Positions 30,466 to 39,942 of a stretch of DNA of 64,000 nt are shown here, piece after piece; the stretch's first letter is position 1; every line of letters begins with the position of its first letter. A program made the position numbers and the translations under genes. The notes below the pieces were generated by a model that was given only the letters and a program-made list of their open reading frames with translations, did no database searches and was not told where the DNA came from. The stretch covers positions 24,622 through 88,621 of the IMG/VR virus record IMGVR_UViG_3300032053_000025; one strand, given 5' to 3'. The stretch comes from a virus.

Positions 30466-32214
30466 CTATTTTTTGGACCAGTGTAATCTTGCTACCATTT
30501 TATCGTCAACTTCTTTACGCACCTTTTTATAATGCTCATCATCCGCACTAGGTTTATCTCCCACATGAGTTGAGGCCGTTTTTAACACAACTTTCTTAGC
30601 TATTGCCAATTGATACTGAGCCTCATCAATCAACTGGTCATCAGTTAAATCCTTGGCTAAATCGCCAAGTTCACTACGCCTATCTCCAACCAATTTTGCT
30701 TGGGCAAAATATAATACTTTCGCTTCACCCAACTGCTTAGTTAAATCCACTATCTGAGTTTCTTGAGTTAAACTTGCAATTGCTAAAGTATCAACTTTAG
30801 TCAAAGTTTCAACTAAAGAAGCCTTCGCCAATTTTGAATCGTTCTTCGCTTTGCGGATTTTTTCCGCAGCCTTCTTCAATAATACCTGTATACTTGCCTT
30901 ATCCATCTTCCAAACCGCTGGATCCATTGCTAATTCCTCCTTATTAGGAATATGCTTCGCTTCCGCAAAGCTTTCAATTTCTCGTTTAGTATTGTGTGCA
31001 ATATCTAATGGTGTTTTTAATCCACATTTAGCACATTTTACTTCTATCTTATCCATGTCAGAGGAAATTGCATAGGGGTTTTCCATATTGCAAGCCAAAC
31101 ATCTGACAGTACCCTGACGTAAAAACTTCAACCTCTTTAATAATTCATTGGGAGTTTGATCTTTAAACTTTACATCATACTCTTTTGCACAGGATTGGCA
31201 TTTTAAAGTTGCCTCTAATGTGGCATTCTTTAAGATTAACCAATTGCTTCCTCTGCAATTTGCACATGAAAAATCGAAATCAATCTTCTGTGCAGGCAGT
31301 AATACTTTGCCTGCCTTGTCTACTATTGATAAACAATTTGGGCATTTTATTGGGCTTGTTGAGCCTTGTATGAATATTGACTCGAAGTTGCTTCCGCAAT
31401 GCGCACAGATTATTTTTATAGGCCCTTCGGGAGTTGGAGGCACAATTGGGGGAGGTACAATTGTTGCTCCTAATTGCTGGTCTGCTTGAGCAAATAACAT
31501 ACTTTTGCAGACTTCGTTACAACCACCTTCACCTTTACATTTATCACACATTAAAGTGTTGTCCTTTAAAAAGGAAGTATTTAATGATGCAACCGCCAAA
31601 TCACTCATCAATAAAGTATCATAATGCTGTTTTGCTACTTCTAATACTAACGCATCGGGAGAAGCCGCAATAGTGTTCCCATCTAAATTTAACAAAATAG
31701 CACAACCGGCAAACTGAAATTTCTCAATTATATAATTTCCATTAGCTAAATTTTTGACATCTTTTTTATTATGCCAGACTTCATAAGACACCTTAAGGGT
31801 TTTCTTCTTAAACATTTCCTGAACTTTAGCCCATTCAGTATTAAATATTTTTTTATAAAAGGTCCCCCAAATTATAACCTTTTTCTCCTTTTCTATGTAG
31901 CGAAATTCAATAACCGCCCCACAAACATAACGCCGCACGTGATCTATATTAACAGGCTTCGCAATAAGAGTGGGTAATTTGCGTAAAATCTCAACACTAG
32001 GCAAAATTTCTTTATTATTATTTGCCTTGTCTGCCCAACAATAAGAAGCCTTGAAAATAGCTAAATCTACGGAATCTTCAAGAACAATTCCCTTAGCTTT
32101 TGCAATTTGCAATATCTCACTACGCTCCTCAGCAGTTTCTAAGAATAATACCTCGGAATTTTCCTGCATTTCCATTAAAAAATTCTCTAATTCTATCATA
32201 TTATAATCCATCAT
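30466..32214 (-). CDS. prohead protease/scaffold with Zn-ribbon array
   Basis: ANNNKE, KPVNIDH, VSYEV, QFAGCAIL protease core; CxxC array; coiled-coil C-terminus. Confidence 0.75.
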   Translation of the reverse strand: MMDYNMIELENFLMEMQENSEVLFLETAEERSEILQIAKAKGIVLEDSVDLAIFKASYCWADKANNNKEILPSVEILRKLPTLIAKPVNIDHVRRYVCGAVIEFRYIEKEKKVIIWGTFYKKIFNTEWAKVQEMFKKKTLKVSYEVWHNKKDVKNLANGNYIIEKFQFAGCAILLNLDGNTIAASPDALVLEVAKQHYDTLLMSDLAVASLNTSFLKDNTLMCDKCKGEGGCNEVCKSMLFAQADQQLGATIVPPPIVPPTPEGPIKIICAHCGSNFESIFIQGSTSPIKCPNCLSIVDKAGKVLLPAQKIDFDFSCANCRGSNWLILKNATLEATLKCQSCAKEYDVKFKDQTPNELLKRLKFLRQGTVRCLACNMENPYAISSDMDKIEVKCAKCGLKTPLDIAHNTKREIESFAEAKHIPNKEELAMDPAVWKMDKASIQVLLKKAAEKIRKAKNDSKLAKASLVETLTKVDTLAIASLTQETQIVDLTKQLGEAKVLYFAQAKLVGDRRSELGDLAKDLTDDQLIDEAQYQLAIAKKVVLKTASTHVGDKPSADDEHYKKVRKEVDDKMVARLHWSKK

Positions 32215-32777
32215 TATTCCTCCAGAAGCCCAACCGCAATTAAAATATTAGTAATATCTTTCCGCCCCGTGCTAACAATCAGCCTATTTACTCCTATTTT
32301 TTTCACACCATTAAAATCCCTGCTTACTTGAATCTTGCCTAATTTTATTCCTTGTAAATTTCCTTCTATTAAACTTGTAAATCCCTTAATCCCACTTAGA
32401 AGTTTCTTTATTGAAATATTAAAATCCTTGATTCCTGATATTTGTTGGTCTTTTAAAACTGTAAATTGTTTGGTGCCTGTAAATTTTCTATCAATCTTAC
32501 CTTCACACAGTTTGTTGCCTACTAAACCAAACTGCAAACTTGAATCAAATCCTTTGCTTCCTAAAATGCTATATTCTAATTCAACTGGAAATTGTTTAAC
32601 CCCATTTAAATCAAACTCATATTTGAATGGTACGTATACTGCTAATTTCTTCCTCTTTTTTGTGGTGGTTCCTCCATGTCTTTTAACAACCGGAGGGATT
32701 ATAATTTCTTCAACCCCACCTAAACCCCAAGTAATTAATTTTTGTAAGTATCCTAAACCTCTTGTAATTAGGTTCAT
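32214..32777 (-). CDS. repeat-containing virion protein
   Basis: LITRGLG/LITWGLG N-terminus; ~14-aa G.K.F repeats. Confidence 0.5.
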   Translation of the reverse strand: MNLITRGLGYLQKLITWGLGGVEEIIIPPVVKRHGGTTTKKRKKLAVYVPFKYEFDLNGVKQFPVELEYSILGSKGFDSSLQFGLVGNKLCEGKIDRKFTGTKQFTVLKDQQISGIKDFNISIKKLLSGIKGFTSLIEGNLQGIKLGKIQVSRDFNGVKKIGVNRLIVSTGRKDITNILIAVGLLEE

Positions 32778-33229
32778 TAAATTATTGGCTCCCTCTTAAA
32801 AGGATCTGTCATTGTAGGTAATCCATTGGAATCTAAAAGATTAAATTGATATAAAACCGCTATTCCGTCCTCAGCATATAAAATAAGCTTATTTTCCTTG
32901 ATTTCCCATTTGCCCTTCTCGATATTTAAAATTGTAGTTACATTCAATCCAATTGTAGTTAAACTTGCTTGTTCGGCTAAACCACCTGTATTATTAGTAG
33001 CCGATTGGTATCGTTCGTAATTATTTAATGAGGCACCGCCATCGGTGCGTATTGCATAATCTTTGGTGTCATCATACTCGGCAAATTCATAGGAATAAAA
33101 TCCCTCGGCAACTTCATTCATTGAGGCATCAGTAATTACTAAAGAATTATCCGATAAATCTCTAATTCTGATAGTGGGAGTTAATCCGGTCTTAGGTATT
33201 CCATTATCTGTAAAGAATGAAGTTATTAA
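32777..33229 (-). CDS. structural hypothetical protein
   Basis: TGLTPTI..M.EVAEGFYSYEF; EKGKWEI..L.LY.ED..F.L. Confidence 0.55.
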   Translation of the reverse strand, partial: LITSFFTDNGIPKTGLTPTIRIRDLSDNSLVITDASMNEVAEGFYSYEFAEYDDTKDYAIRTDGGASLNNYERYQSATNNTGGLAEQASLTTIGLNVTTILNIEKGKWEIKENKLILYAEDGIAVLYQFNLLDSNGLPTMTDPFKREPII

Positions 33230-34932
33230 CATATTTTATCCTTGTCAGTATAAATATATTTTTTACCTGTTATTTTTTCAAGGTCTTTAACGGCATTAAA
33301 CATGTCTACAGTAATTTCTTTTTTTCCTTTTTCACTATGATATGACCAAGCCATTCCATCACTTTCTATTTGTGTCATCTCTATAATTTCTTTCGGAATA
33401 TTTTTAAAATTATGTGGTGAAATTGTAGTAATATTTCCTGCCTCATCTCTTACTCTACATTCTGCCAAACCTACTGAATAAAAATTATCAATATAAAATA
33501 TGTTTTCTGCATCGGCATTTAAAATTGTTATTATAATTGAATCAATAGCATCTTTATTTGCATCACTTACTGCAGAAATATCCCAAGTTACTGATTCCTG
33601 AGTATTTGCAACTAATACAGTATAAGTTTTTTCTGTAGTAGTTCCCCCACTATCATGTATTCCTATTTTTATATTCGCTCCAGTTCTTGAAGAATATATA
33701 TCGAATTTTAGAGTTTTTATTTTTGTCAAATCTATTACTGGAGATACTGTACGAGTAAGGGTTTTATTAAGACTGCCTGTTATCGCCGCCACTCCTTTTA
33801 ATGAATAAGAACCTTGAGTTTTGATGGTGACTTCGGAGTAGGATTGAAGAGAATGTAAATTTAACTCCATCATTTCTACTTCATTCATAAAAAATGCTGT
33901 TGTAGAATTATCATTACCAGCAGTTCCAATTATTCTATAATATCTATAAGAGGTGGAATTTGAAAAGGTAAATTCTTGCCATTCATACTTCCCCCCATCT
34001 CCATCACCAGAACTGATTGTAGTCCAATTAGAATTATCATTAGAACCATCAAAATTAAAATTACCAAAACAATATGCTACATTTTGTAAATTAATAAATC
34101 TTAACTTTCTTACCTTCTTTGTTACTCCGCTACCAAAATCATATTTCCACCAACCGCCATTAACCCCGTCATTTATTAAATAAGTAGCCGTATTACCATC
34201 TGCTGAAAGAGATGCTGGATTACCTACTCTTTCAGCATTTGATGTGGCAGTTCCACCAGTTACAACATTAGAACCATAAGTATCATTCAATCCATTACTC
34301 ACATACGCTGCCTGTGCCGCTCCATCAGAAGCATATTCCATATTATCTATTGCAATATCTGTAGCATCTGCATACAGCTGAACCTCATCTACCGGACTTG
34401 AACTCGGAATTGTTCCTTTTTTTATTGCTATAACACCTACTCCATTTGTACCTACAGTACCTCCATTTACTAAAATATTTATCAAACCTTGATATAAAGG
34501 ATCAAAATAAGTTTTTAACGTAGATTTTACAACACTCCATAGATTTTTCTTTAAAACATTTGAAGCGGCACTATCAATAATTGGAATTTCATCATTATCA
34601 GCAAAAGAGGTTTTATCCGTTGCTGCATGTAATAAAGTAGCTATTGTGGTCGCTGTTTCTACCGGAGACAATTCAGTCCAAGAAGAAATATATTTATAAA
34701 ATTTATCCTCGTCTTTAATATAAACTATCATTCCTTCTTTAGGGGTAATAAAATCCCAACCTGCACCATTGTCATCAACTATATAATTATCCTTTAAATT
34801 CCAAGCACCAGTCGCCCCAGCTCCAACAATATATCGTTTGCCTTTAGAATAGGCAGGAGGACTTGTTAAATCTTTGTCCTCTACTGCGGGTTGAAAAAAT
34901 GAAGTCTCTCGTGGGTCAACCTTGTACGACAT
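33226..34932 (-). CDS. DUF2793 + discoidin (F5/8C) + CBM-like fibre protein
   Basis: PP..G.RYIV..GATGAW..W.FITPKEG (DUF2793); ADG.T..WWKYDFG..GSNDNSNWT..YRYYRI (discoidin). Confidence 0.75.
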   Translation of the reverse strand: MSYKVDPRETSFFQPAVEDKDLTSPPAYSKGKRYIVGAGATGAWNLKDNYIVDDNGAGWDFITPKEGMIVYIKDEDKFYKYISSWTELSPVETATTIATLLHAATDKTSFADNDEIPIIDSAASNVLKKNLWSVVKSTLKTYFDPLYQGLINILVNGGTVGTNGVGVIAIKKGTIPSSSPVDEVQLYADATDIAIDNMEYASDGAAQAAYVSNGLNDTYGSNVVTGGTATSNAERVGNPASLSADGNTATYLINDGVNGGWWKYDFGSGVTKKVRKLRFINLQNVAYCFGNFNFDGSNDNSNWTTISSGDGDGGKYEWQEFTFSNSTSYRYYRIIGTAGNDNSTTAFFMNEVEMMELNLHSLQSYSEVTIKTQGSYSLKGVAAITGSLNKTLTRTVSPVIDLTKIKTLKFDIYSSRTGANIKIGIHDSGGTTTEKTYTVLVANTQESVTWDISAVSDANKDAIDSIIITILNADAENIFYIDNFYSVGLAECRVRDEAGNITTISPHNFKNIPKEIIEMTQIESDGMAWSYHSEKGKKEITVDMFNAVKDLEKITGKKYIYTDKDKIC

Positions 34933-34942
34933 ATATTTTCCT

Positions 34943-36370
34943 TTATTTTTTTATTGCATTAACCAAATAAATTATATTCCCAGTTGGATTATCTTGTAAT
35001 CGCCATTCACCCTGCCAACCAAATTTATATATATCTTGAATATCTATCAAACTACCCAATCTTTCCTTAATTACTTGCTCATTATAAACTCTTAAATGAC
35101 TTTCATCCAAAAAATTGGGTACTGAAAATATTAACCTTTTTTCTTTAGGTATATTTGATAAAATCTTATAATCATCTAAATGCTCTAATACTTCGGTGGC
35201 AATATAGGTATCATATTCGCCTTCATAATTTGATTTATCATAAGCATTACCCACAACAACTTGAGGACTATTGGCAATTTTAACTGCTTCGTGTGAGAAA
35301 TCAAACCCGTTATAATTTTTAATAAAATTTTTTAAATTTGCAATTCCACATCCGATATCTAAACATCTATCTTCGCCAACTAACTGCCCTATTTTATTGT
35401 ACAGATGGTAATACCTAGACATGTCTGAAGAATTTGCAAATAATTTGTCATAATAATCCGATTTTTTTTCAACTTTAGATCGTATAGTTAATACGTTATT
35501 ATTGGTTGCTAATTCTGCATATTCTAACCATTTAATCCGGTTATTCGGTCCACATAACTCTGCCATAAATTCTATGGCTTCTTTAAAATCTGCGTTTACT
35601 TTAATTGCTTGTAAGCAGGCATCCTTGGCCTCATCATTTTTGTTAAGTGCCCAATAACATCTAGCCAACATTAACCAGGCTTCTGCCCATTCGGGGGGCC
35701 AATTTGTCCGGGTCAAATAATCTTTATACCAGTAAATTGCAGTAATCCAATCCTTACGATACCAAAATTCCCGCGCCAGATAGAAACATTCACGAATCAG
35801 ATTAGGATTATTACTTAATTCTTGTTTCAATATCCTTAATGCTCTATCAGGATCGTGTTGATGTGCCTTGCTATAGCCAAAGGTAATTTTTATATCCGAC
35901 TTGTTATTATCGGTATAACTCAAATAATTATGAATGTTACCTTTCCAATATACTTCTGGGCATCGCTTGAATAATCGAGGAAAATAAAATTGGTCGCCCG
36001 TTATATTGGCTTCCATTATACAATTAATAGTTTTTTGATTGTGTGATTCCGCAAATTCTATTGCCTTGCGGATTTTTAGTAGCCCTCCGATTTCGAGAGA
36101 TTCATCTGCATCAATGCTAAGGATAAAATCGGTATCGGCTTTGGATAAAATAAAATTGCGGGCGGAACAAAATGAATCGTGCCAAACATCCTCGGTATAA
36201 ATATTATCGGTATATTTCTTTGCTATTTCAATAGTATTATCTTGGCTGCCGGTGTCTGAAATATAGAGTGCATCTGCCTCTTTTATACTTTCAAGGCACT
36301 TGGCCAGACATTCCGACTCATTTTTTACAATTAGGCACACACCAATAGTAAGCTTTTTATTTTGTTCCAT
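34943..36370 (-). CDS. GT2 glycosyltransferase + TPR + methyltransferase-like fusion
   Basis: CLIVKNE, DTGSQDNT, FCSARN, LSIDADE; TPR helices; LDIGCG, EVLEHL, FSVPN. Confidence 0.88.
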   Translation of the reverse strand: MEQNKKLTIGVCLIVKNESECLAKCLESIKEADALYISDTGSQDNTIEIAKKYTDNIYTEDVWHDSFCSARNFILSKADTDFILSIDADESLEIGGLLKIRKAIEFAESHNQKTINCIMEANITGDQFYFPRLFKRCPEVYWKGNIHNYLSYTDNNKSDIKITFGYSKAHQHDPDRALRILKQELSNNPNLIRECFYLAREFWYRKDWITAIYWYKDYLTRTNWPPEWAEAWLMLARCYWALNKNDEAKDACLQAIKVNADFKEAIEFMAELCGPNNRIKWLEYAELATNNNVLTIRSKVEKKSDYYDKLFANSSDMSRYYHLYNKIGQLVGEDRCLDIGCGIANLKNFIKNYNGFDFSHEAVKIANSPQVVVGNAYDKSNYEGEYDTYIATEVLEHLDDYKILSNIPKEKRLIFSVPNFLDESHLRVYNEQVIKERLGSLIDIQDIYKFGWQGEWRLQDNPTGNIIYLVNAIKK

Positions 36371-36448
36371 AAAATATTAAAGCATATATTGCCAATTATA
36401 GTTTTATAAAATTGTTCCCAATAAACACGATTCCGATTTGCTAAAGAA

Positions 36449-37024
36449 TTATGTGGTAGAAATAATTAAGCAGCCATAGTCAGAAGAATACGTAGCACCC
36501 GGCCCAGTTTGGCCTTGGGGCCCTGTAATACCAATAGTTCCTCGATCCCCTTTACTTCCTTTGGTACCCTGTATGCCCTGAGATCCTAATGTACCTCGAT
36601 CTCCCTTAGTTCCCTGAATACCTTGAGAACCCAAGGTACCTCTATCGCCCTTACTACCTTTGGTGCCTTGAATTCCGGCAGTCCCTTGTATACCTTGGGA
36701 CCCTAAAGTTCCTCTATCACCTTTGGTGCCTTGAATACCCTGTTGGCCCAAATATTCTGCCCAAGTAGTGCCACTAGTACAATGATAATACTTATCTTCG
36801 TCGTCTACCCATACTATCATACCTTCCAAAGGTGTGTCATAAAGAAAAGAAGTAGCCGCTACATTACAATAAGCTATCTGTCCTACATTTGCGCCATCAG
36901 TAAGTAAATACCTATCACCTTTTGCGGCTGCTCCAGTTAAACTAATTAATCCTGCCGCTGTAACTCTGTCCTTCACACTTGGTTGCCAAACAAAATTTTC
37001 TAAAACGGGTACTCTGTAACTCAT
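36449..37024 (-). CDS. DUF2793-like + collagen triple-helix protein
   Basis: GDRYL..PLEGMIVWVDDED; Gly-X-Y repeats GTKGDRGTLGSQGIQ. Confidence 0.85.
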   Translation of the reverse strand: MSYRVPVLENFVWQPSVKDRVTAAGLISLTGAAAKGDRYLLTDGANVGQIAYCNVAATSFLYDTPLEGMIVWVDDEDKYYHCTSGTTWAEYLGQQGIQGTKGDRGTLGSQGIQGTAGIQGTKGSKGDRGTLGSQGIQGTKGDRGTLGSQGIQGTKGSKGDRGTIGITGPQGQTGPGATYSSDYGCLIISTT

Positions 37025-37036
37025 ATTAATTCTCCT

Positions 37037-37234
37037 TTACTCCAAAATAAAAAACTTCAATATGGAATCATAGATTCCAGTTATCTTAGCATTCAAACTA
37101 TCTTTTACCAATTTTTCTGTAGGATAATGGGTATCATCTGGAGTGGCTTGGAAAGAAGAAACCTTGTTGGTTTTATCTTCCTTCCCATTAATATCCTGAA
37201 CTCCACTAGTTTTGCGAGTTAATATTGATTTCAT
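37037..37234 (-). CDS. small fibre-associated protein
   Basis: KEDKTNKV..DTHYPTEKLVK motif; C-terminus YDS resembles YSSDYG of collagen protein. Confidence 0.5.
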   Translation of the reverse strand: MKSILTRKTSGVQDINGKEDKTNKVSSFQATPDDTHYPTEKLVKDSLNAKITGIYDSILKFFILE

Positions 37235-37243
37235 TGATTATCC

Positions 37244-37573
37244 TTATTCGCACAAACCTTCACCAGCAATCTGGATTGAAGTTTTTGTAGATTTTAACCC
37301 TTGACGCAAGTCTAAACTTGCGTTCCATTGTAAGTCTATTTTAGCTTTACCTTCGGGAGGTAAAGATGTAGGTGCCGATAAAATTGAAATTTCGGCATTA
37401 TTTAACGTTACTTTGATATTGATAATTGGGATAAATTTACCTCTATCATCCTTTTCATCGTTTAGAATGTAGACTGACAAATTTGATTGAGTGCCTGCTG
37501 GCACTACACCAAATGTAATCTCATCATCTAAAGAGATTTCTTCAGTATATTGGCTGTCTTTATAGAGTTTCAT
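37244..37573 (-). CDS. Ig-like protein
   Basis: ITFGVVPAG..VYILN..P.SLPP..I.L.W. Confidence 0.5.
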   Translation of the reverse strand: MKLYKDSQYTEEISLDDEITFGVVPAGTQSNLSVYILNDEKDDRGKFIPIINIKVTLNNAEISILSAPTSLPPEGKAKIDLQWNASLDLRQGLKSTKTSIQIAGEGLCE

Positions 37574-39645
37574 TATTTGTCCTCTTTTTTATTCAAGGAT
37601 TGTAAATAGTCGATTAATTGGGTTTGTTTTGCCATTAATGCAGCCTTCGCCTTCTGGAACAATCCCGCTTCTTCCGCTTTCTTTAAATTTCTTACTTGGC
37701 TCCATGCAACCTTAAATGAATATGCCTCGATTTTCTTGTTGTTGCCGGGAAATTTCTTTTGAGCAGACTTCCATGCAGAATTAAATACCTGCATGAATTT
37801 TCGTTGGCCCTCAATTCCTAATTCGGTCTGAACTGCTTGAGGAAGCTCAGCAATATTTTGATATGGGGCTCCAGCAAGTTCCAACTCTTTCTGAGCCCGA
37901 TCTAATAACCATTTTTTAGCTTTTTTGATATCCCAATCATTCTGCTTATTGAAGATAAAAGACTGGATCTCAACTTTCTCCGAATCAATTCGTTTAGCGA
38001 CCAAGGCAGAAATTCCTAACTCTGCATCAATAACTTCGGTCTTAAATGATTCTTTGTCACATTCTTTTGGATCGATTTGTCGCACACGAATATAGTTGGT
38101 AGTGCTAAAATCTCTCTTCCATTTGGCGACTGAAAAATTCTCCTCAATCTCTTCATCACCATATAAAACATCATCGTCTAAATATTCTCCCTCAGAACTT
38201 TGAGGCTGTAAGGATGCTTGCTTAAAATTCATTTTTTCTGGGCCCTGCTTACTTTCGGGCATTTTCTCAACTTTATCGGGATACTGTTTTTGTCTTAATA
38301 TTTCCTCACCGGTAACATTTTGTTCGTTGTTCTGGGTAATCTTCGCGTACATAAAATATTCGTCCCCTTGCTTGGATTCCCTTAAACGATACCGTCTTTC
38401 CAACTCATAATCAACTTGTCCCTTAGAAGTAATAAAATCAGCAGTCTCATTAGAAATCAATCCTCTATCCGACATACTTCTCATCATTGTACAGAAAGCA
38501 TCCGACATAAATTCCGTAACCGGCTTATAGCCAACAATCCACTTCTTAGAATTAGATTTAGTCGAATTTACATTCTTCTCTTTAATCAACGATATTAAAT
38601 CATTTAAAATTGCGGCGAAATCTTTAATCCCAGTATTAACTTCTTTCATAAAAACTAAAGGCGATAATACACTTTCTCTTCGGCTTGCGGACGAAATATC
38701 CACGACCTCTACAAATCCGAACCCTGCCAATATATTCTTCTCAGCAGAAGTAAATAAAGCCTGTTTAAACATAGGTTCAACTTCGGGAATAATCTGATTA
38801 ATTTTCTCACCAAAATTCCCGACCCTTAATGGCATTTTATTCGATAACTGCAATCCATCGTTCCCATTAACATCAAATCGATTTACTTTATCCATCATTT
38901 CTTGTAAATCATTTTTGATTACTTTTAATTCTTCTTTACTCCAAGTAATCCCGGCCTTTAATAAATCGGGATCCCCCTCTAAAACCTGTAGCATATAAGG
39001 TATAACTTTTTCAACAAGATTTATTTCCTTGTCTTTTAACATATCTATAATTTTCCAGTTTTTATAAATGCCACGTCTAAATAAAAATGGTACTGGATAT
39101 TTATCGAAAATTCTAACCCCGGGCTTATATAAGAAGTGAGATTCTGCTTCAATTGGTTCTCTATCCTTAACATCTGAACCTATAAAATAATCGTAAGCAA
39201 ATAAATCCTGTTTGCCAGTTTTTTCCTTGTCCTCTGCATACACACTTCCACCATCTGCAAAAACCATAGAAACAGGTAAATTTATACCATCAATTTCTTC
39301 CCATTTAAGAATCTTCAATACTGGGAAGGATGCACATTTCCATAATTCTTTATAATACTCTTTCTGTAATCCTCTTAAACCAACTTCAATACCCATACCT
39401 CGATATTCTTTGTTAATTTTCTCCAACCAATTTTCATTTAAGGTTTTGTCTAAGGCTTGGGTATCAGTATCAATAAACATATCAACTGTAGCGCAACCAA
39501 CCATAAAATCGCATAAAGAATCTACAATCCCCGAAGTATCAGAAGAAGTCATGGCTAAAGCCAATTTGGCCTGGGCATGGAATTCCGTTTCCATCATCAC
39601 AGACCTAAACAATAAATGATACATTAATGATGCTAAATTTTGCAC
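37573..39645 (-). CDS. portal protein with C-terminal accessory and ChaB domains
   Basis: Follows large terminase; YPVPFL, DRGLISNET, YELE; C-terminal PYQNIAELPQAV..F..FNSAW..AWSQV. Confidence 0.75.
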   Translation of the reverse strand: MQNLASLMYHLLFRSVMMETEFHAQAKLALAMTSSDTSGIVDSLCDFMVGCATVDMFIDTDTQALDKTLNENWLEKINKEYRGMGIEVGLRGLQKEYYKELWKCASFPVLKILKWEEIDGINLPVSMVFADGGSVYAEDKEKTGKQDLFAYDYFIGSDVKDREPIEAESHFLYKPGVRIFDKYPVPFLFRRGIYKNWKIIDMLKDKEINLVEKVIPYMLQVLEGDPDLLKAGITWSKEELKVIKNDLQEMMDKVNRFDVNGNDGLQLSNKMPLRVGNFGEKINQIIPEVEPMFKQALFTSAEKNILAGFGFVEVVDISSASRRESVLSPLVFMKEVNTGIKDFAAILNDLISLIKEKNVNSTKSNSKKWIVGYKPVTEFMSDAFCTMMRSMSDRGLISNETADFITSKGQVDYELERRYRLRESKQGDEYFMYAKITQNNEQNVTGEEILRQKQYPDKVEKMPESKQGPEKMNFKQASLQPQSSEGEYLDDDVLYGDEEIEENFSVAKWKRDFSTTNYIRVRQIDPKECDKESFKTEVIDAELGISALVAKRIDSEKVEIQSFIFNKQNDWDIKKAKKWLLDRAQKELELAGAPYQNIAELPQAVQTELGIEGQRKFMQVFNSAWKSAQKKFPGNNKKIEAYSFKVAWSQVRNLKKAEEAGLFQKAKAALMAKQTQLIDYLQSLNKKEDK

Positions 39646-39657
39646 AATATACTCCTT

Positions 39658-39930
39658 TTAACGGCAATTATTGCAAACCGCTATTTCTTTTGCTATTTCA
39701 GATCCTTTAGTTACAAAATCTTTTAAGATTTCATATTTTAATGTTAAGAGTTCTGCCTTTGCTAAATTGCGTTCCTCAATAGAATTGAAATTGCTTACCG
39801 ATTTTTTATGAGTGAGGGGATGTTTGGTTACTAAATGGTAATAAATTTTGTTGCGAGTTTTGATAACTTTGCGAATTATTGGTGTATAATCTTCGACTAT
39901 GCTGGTGCAAGATTGACACTTGTAAGACAT
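39658..39930 (-). CDS. Zn-ribbon protein
   Basis: YKCQSC ... GSEIAKEIAVCNNC. Confidence 0.6.
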   Translation of the reverse strand: MSYKCQSCTSIVEDYTPIIRKVIKTRNKIYYHLVTKHPLTHKKSVSNFNSIEERNLAKAELLTLKYEILKDFVTKGSEIAKEIAVCNNCR

Positions 39931-39942
39931 ACAACCTCCATT

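Noticed and set aside
29372-30551. Long + strand ORFs overlapping the capsid gene and other antisense ORFs in the track
   Set aside because: Shadow ORFs of real genes; no RBS or protein-like motifs
36500-36750. CRISPR-like or non-coding tandem repeats (also 49905-50030, 54280-54550)
   Set aside because: All are in-frame coding repeats (collagen, hexapeptide); no repeat-spacer structure
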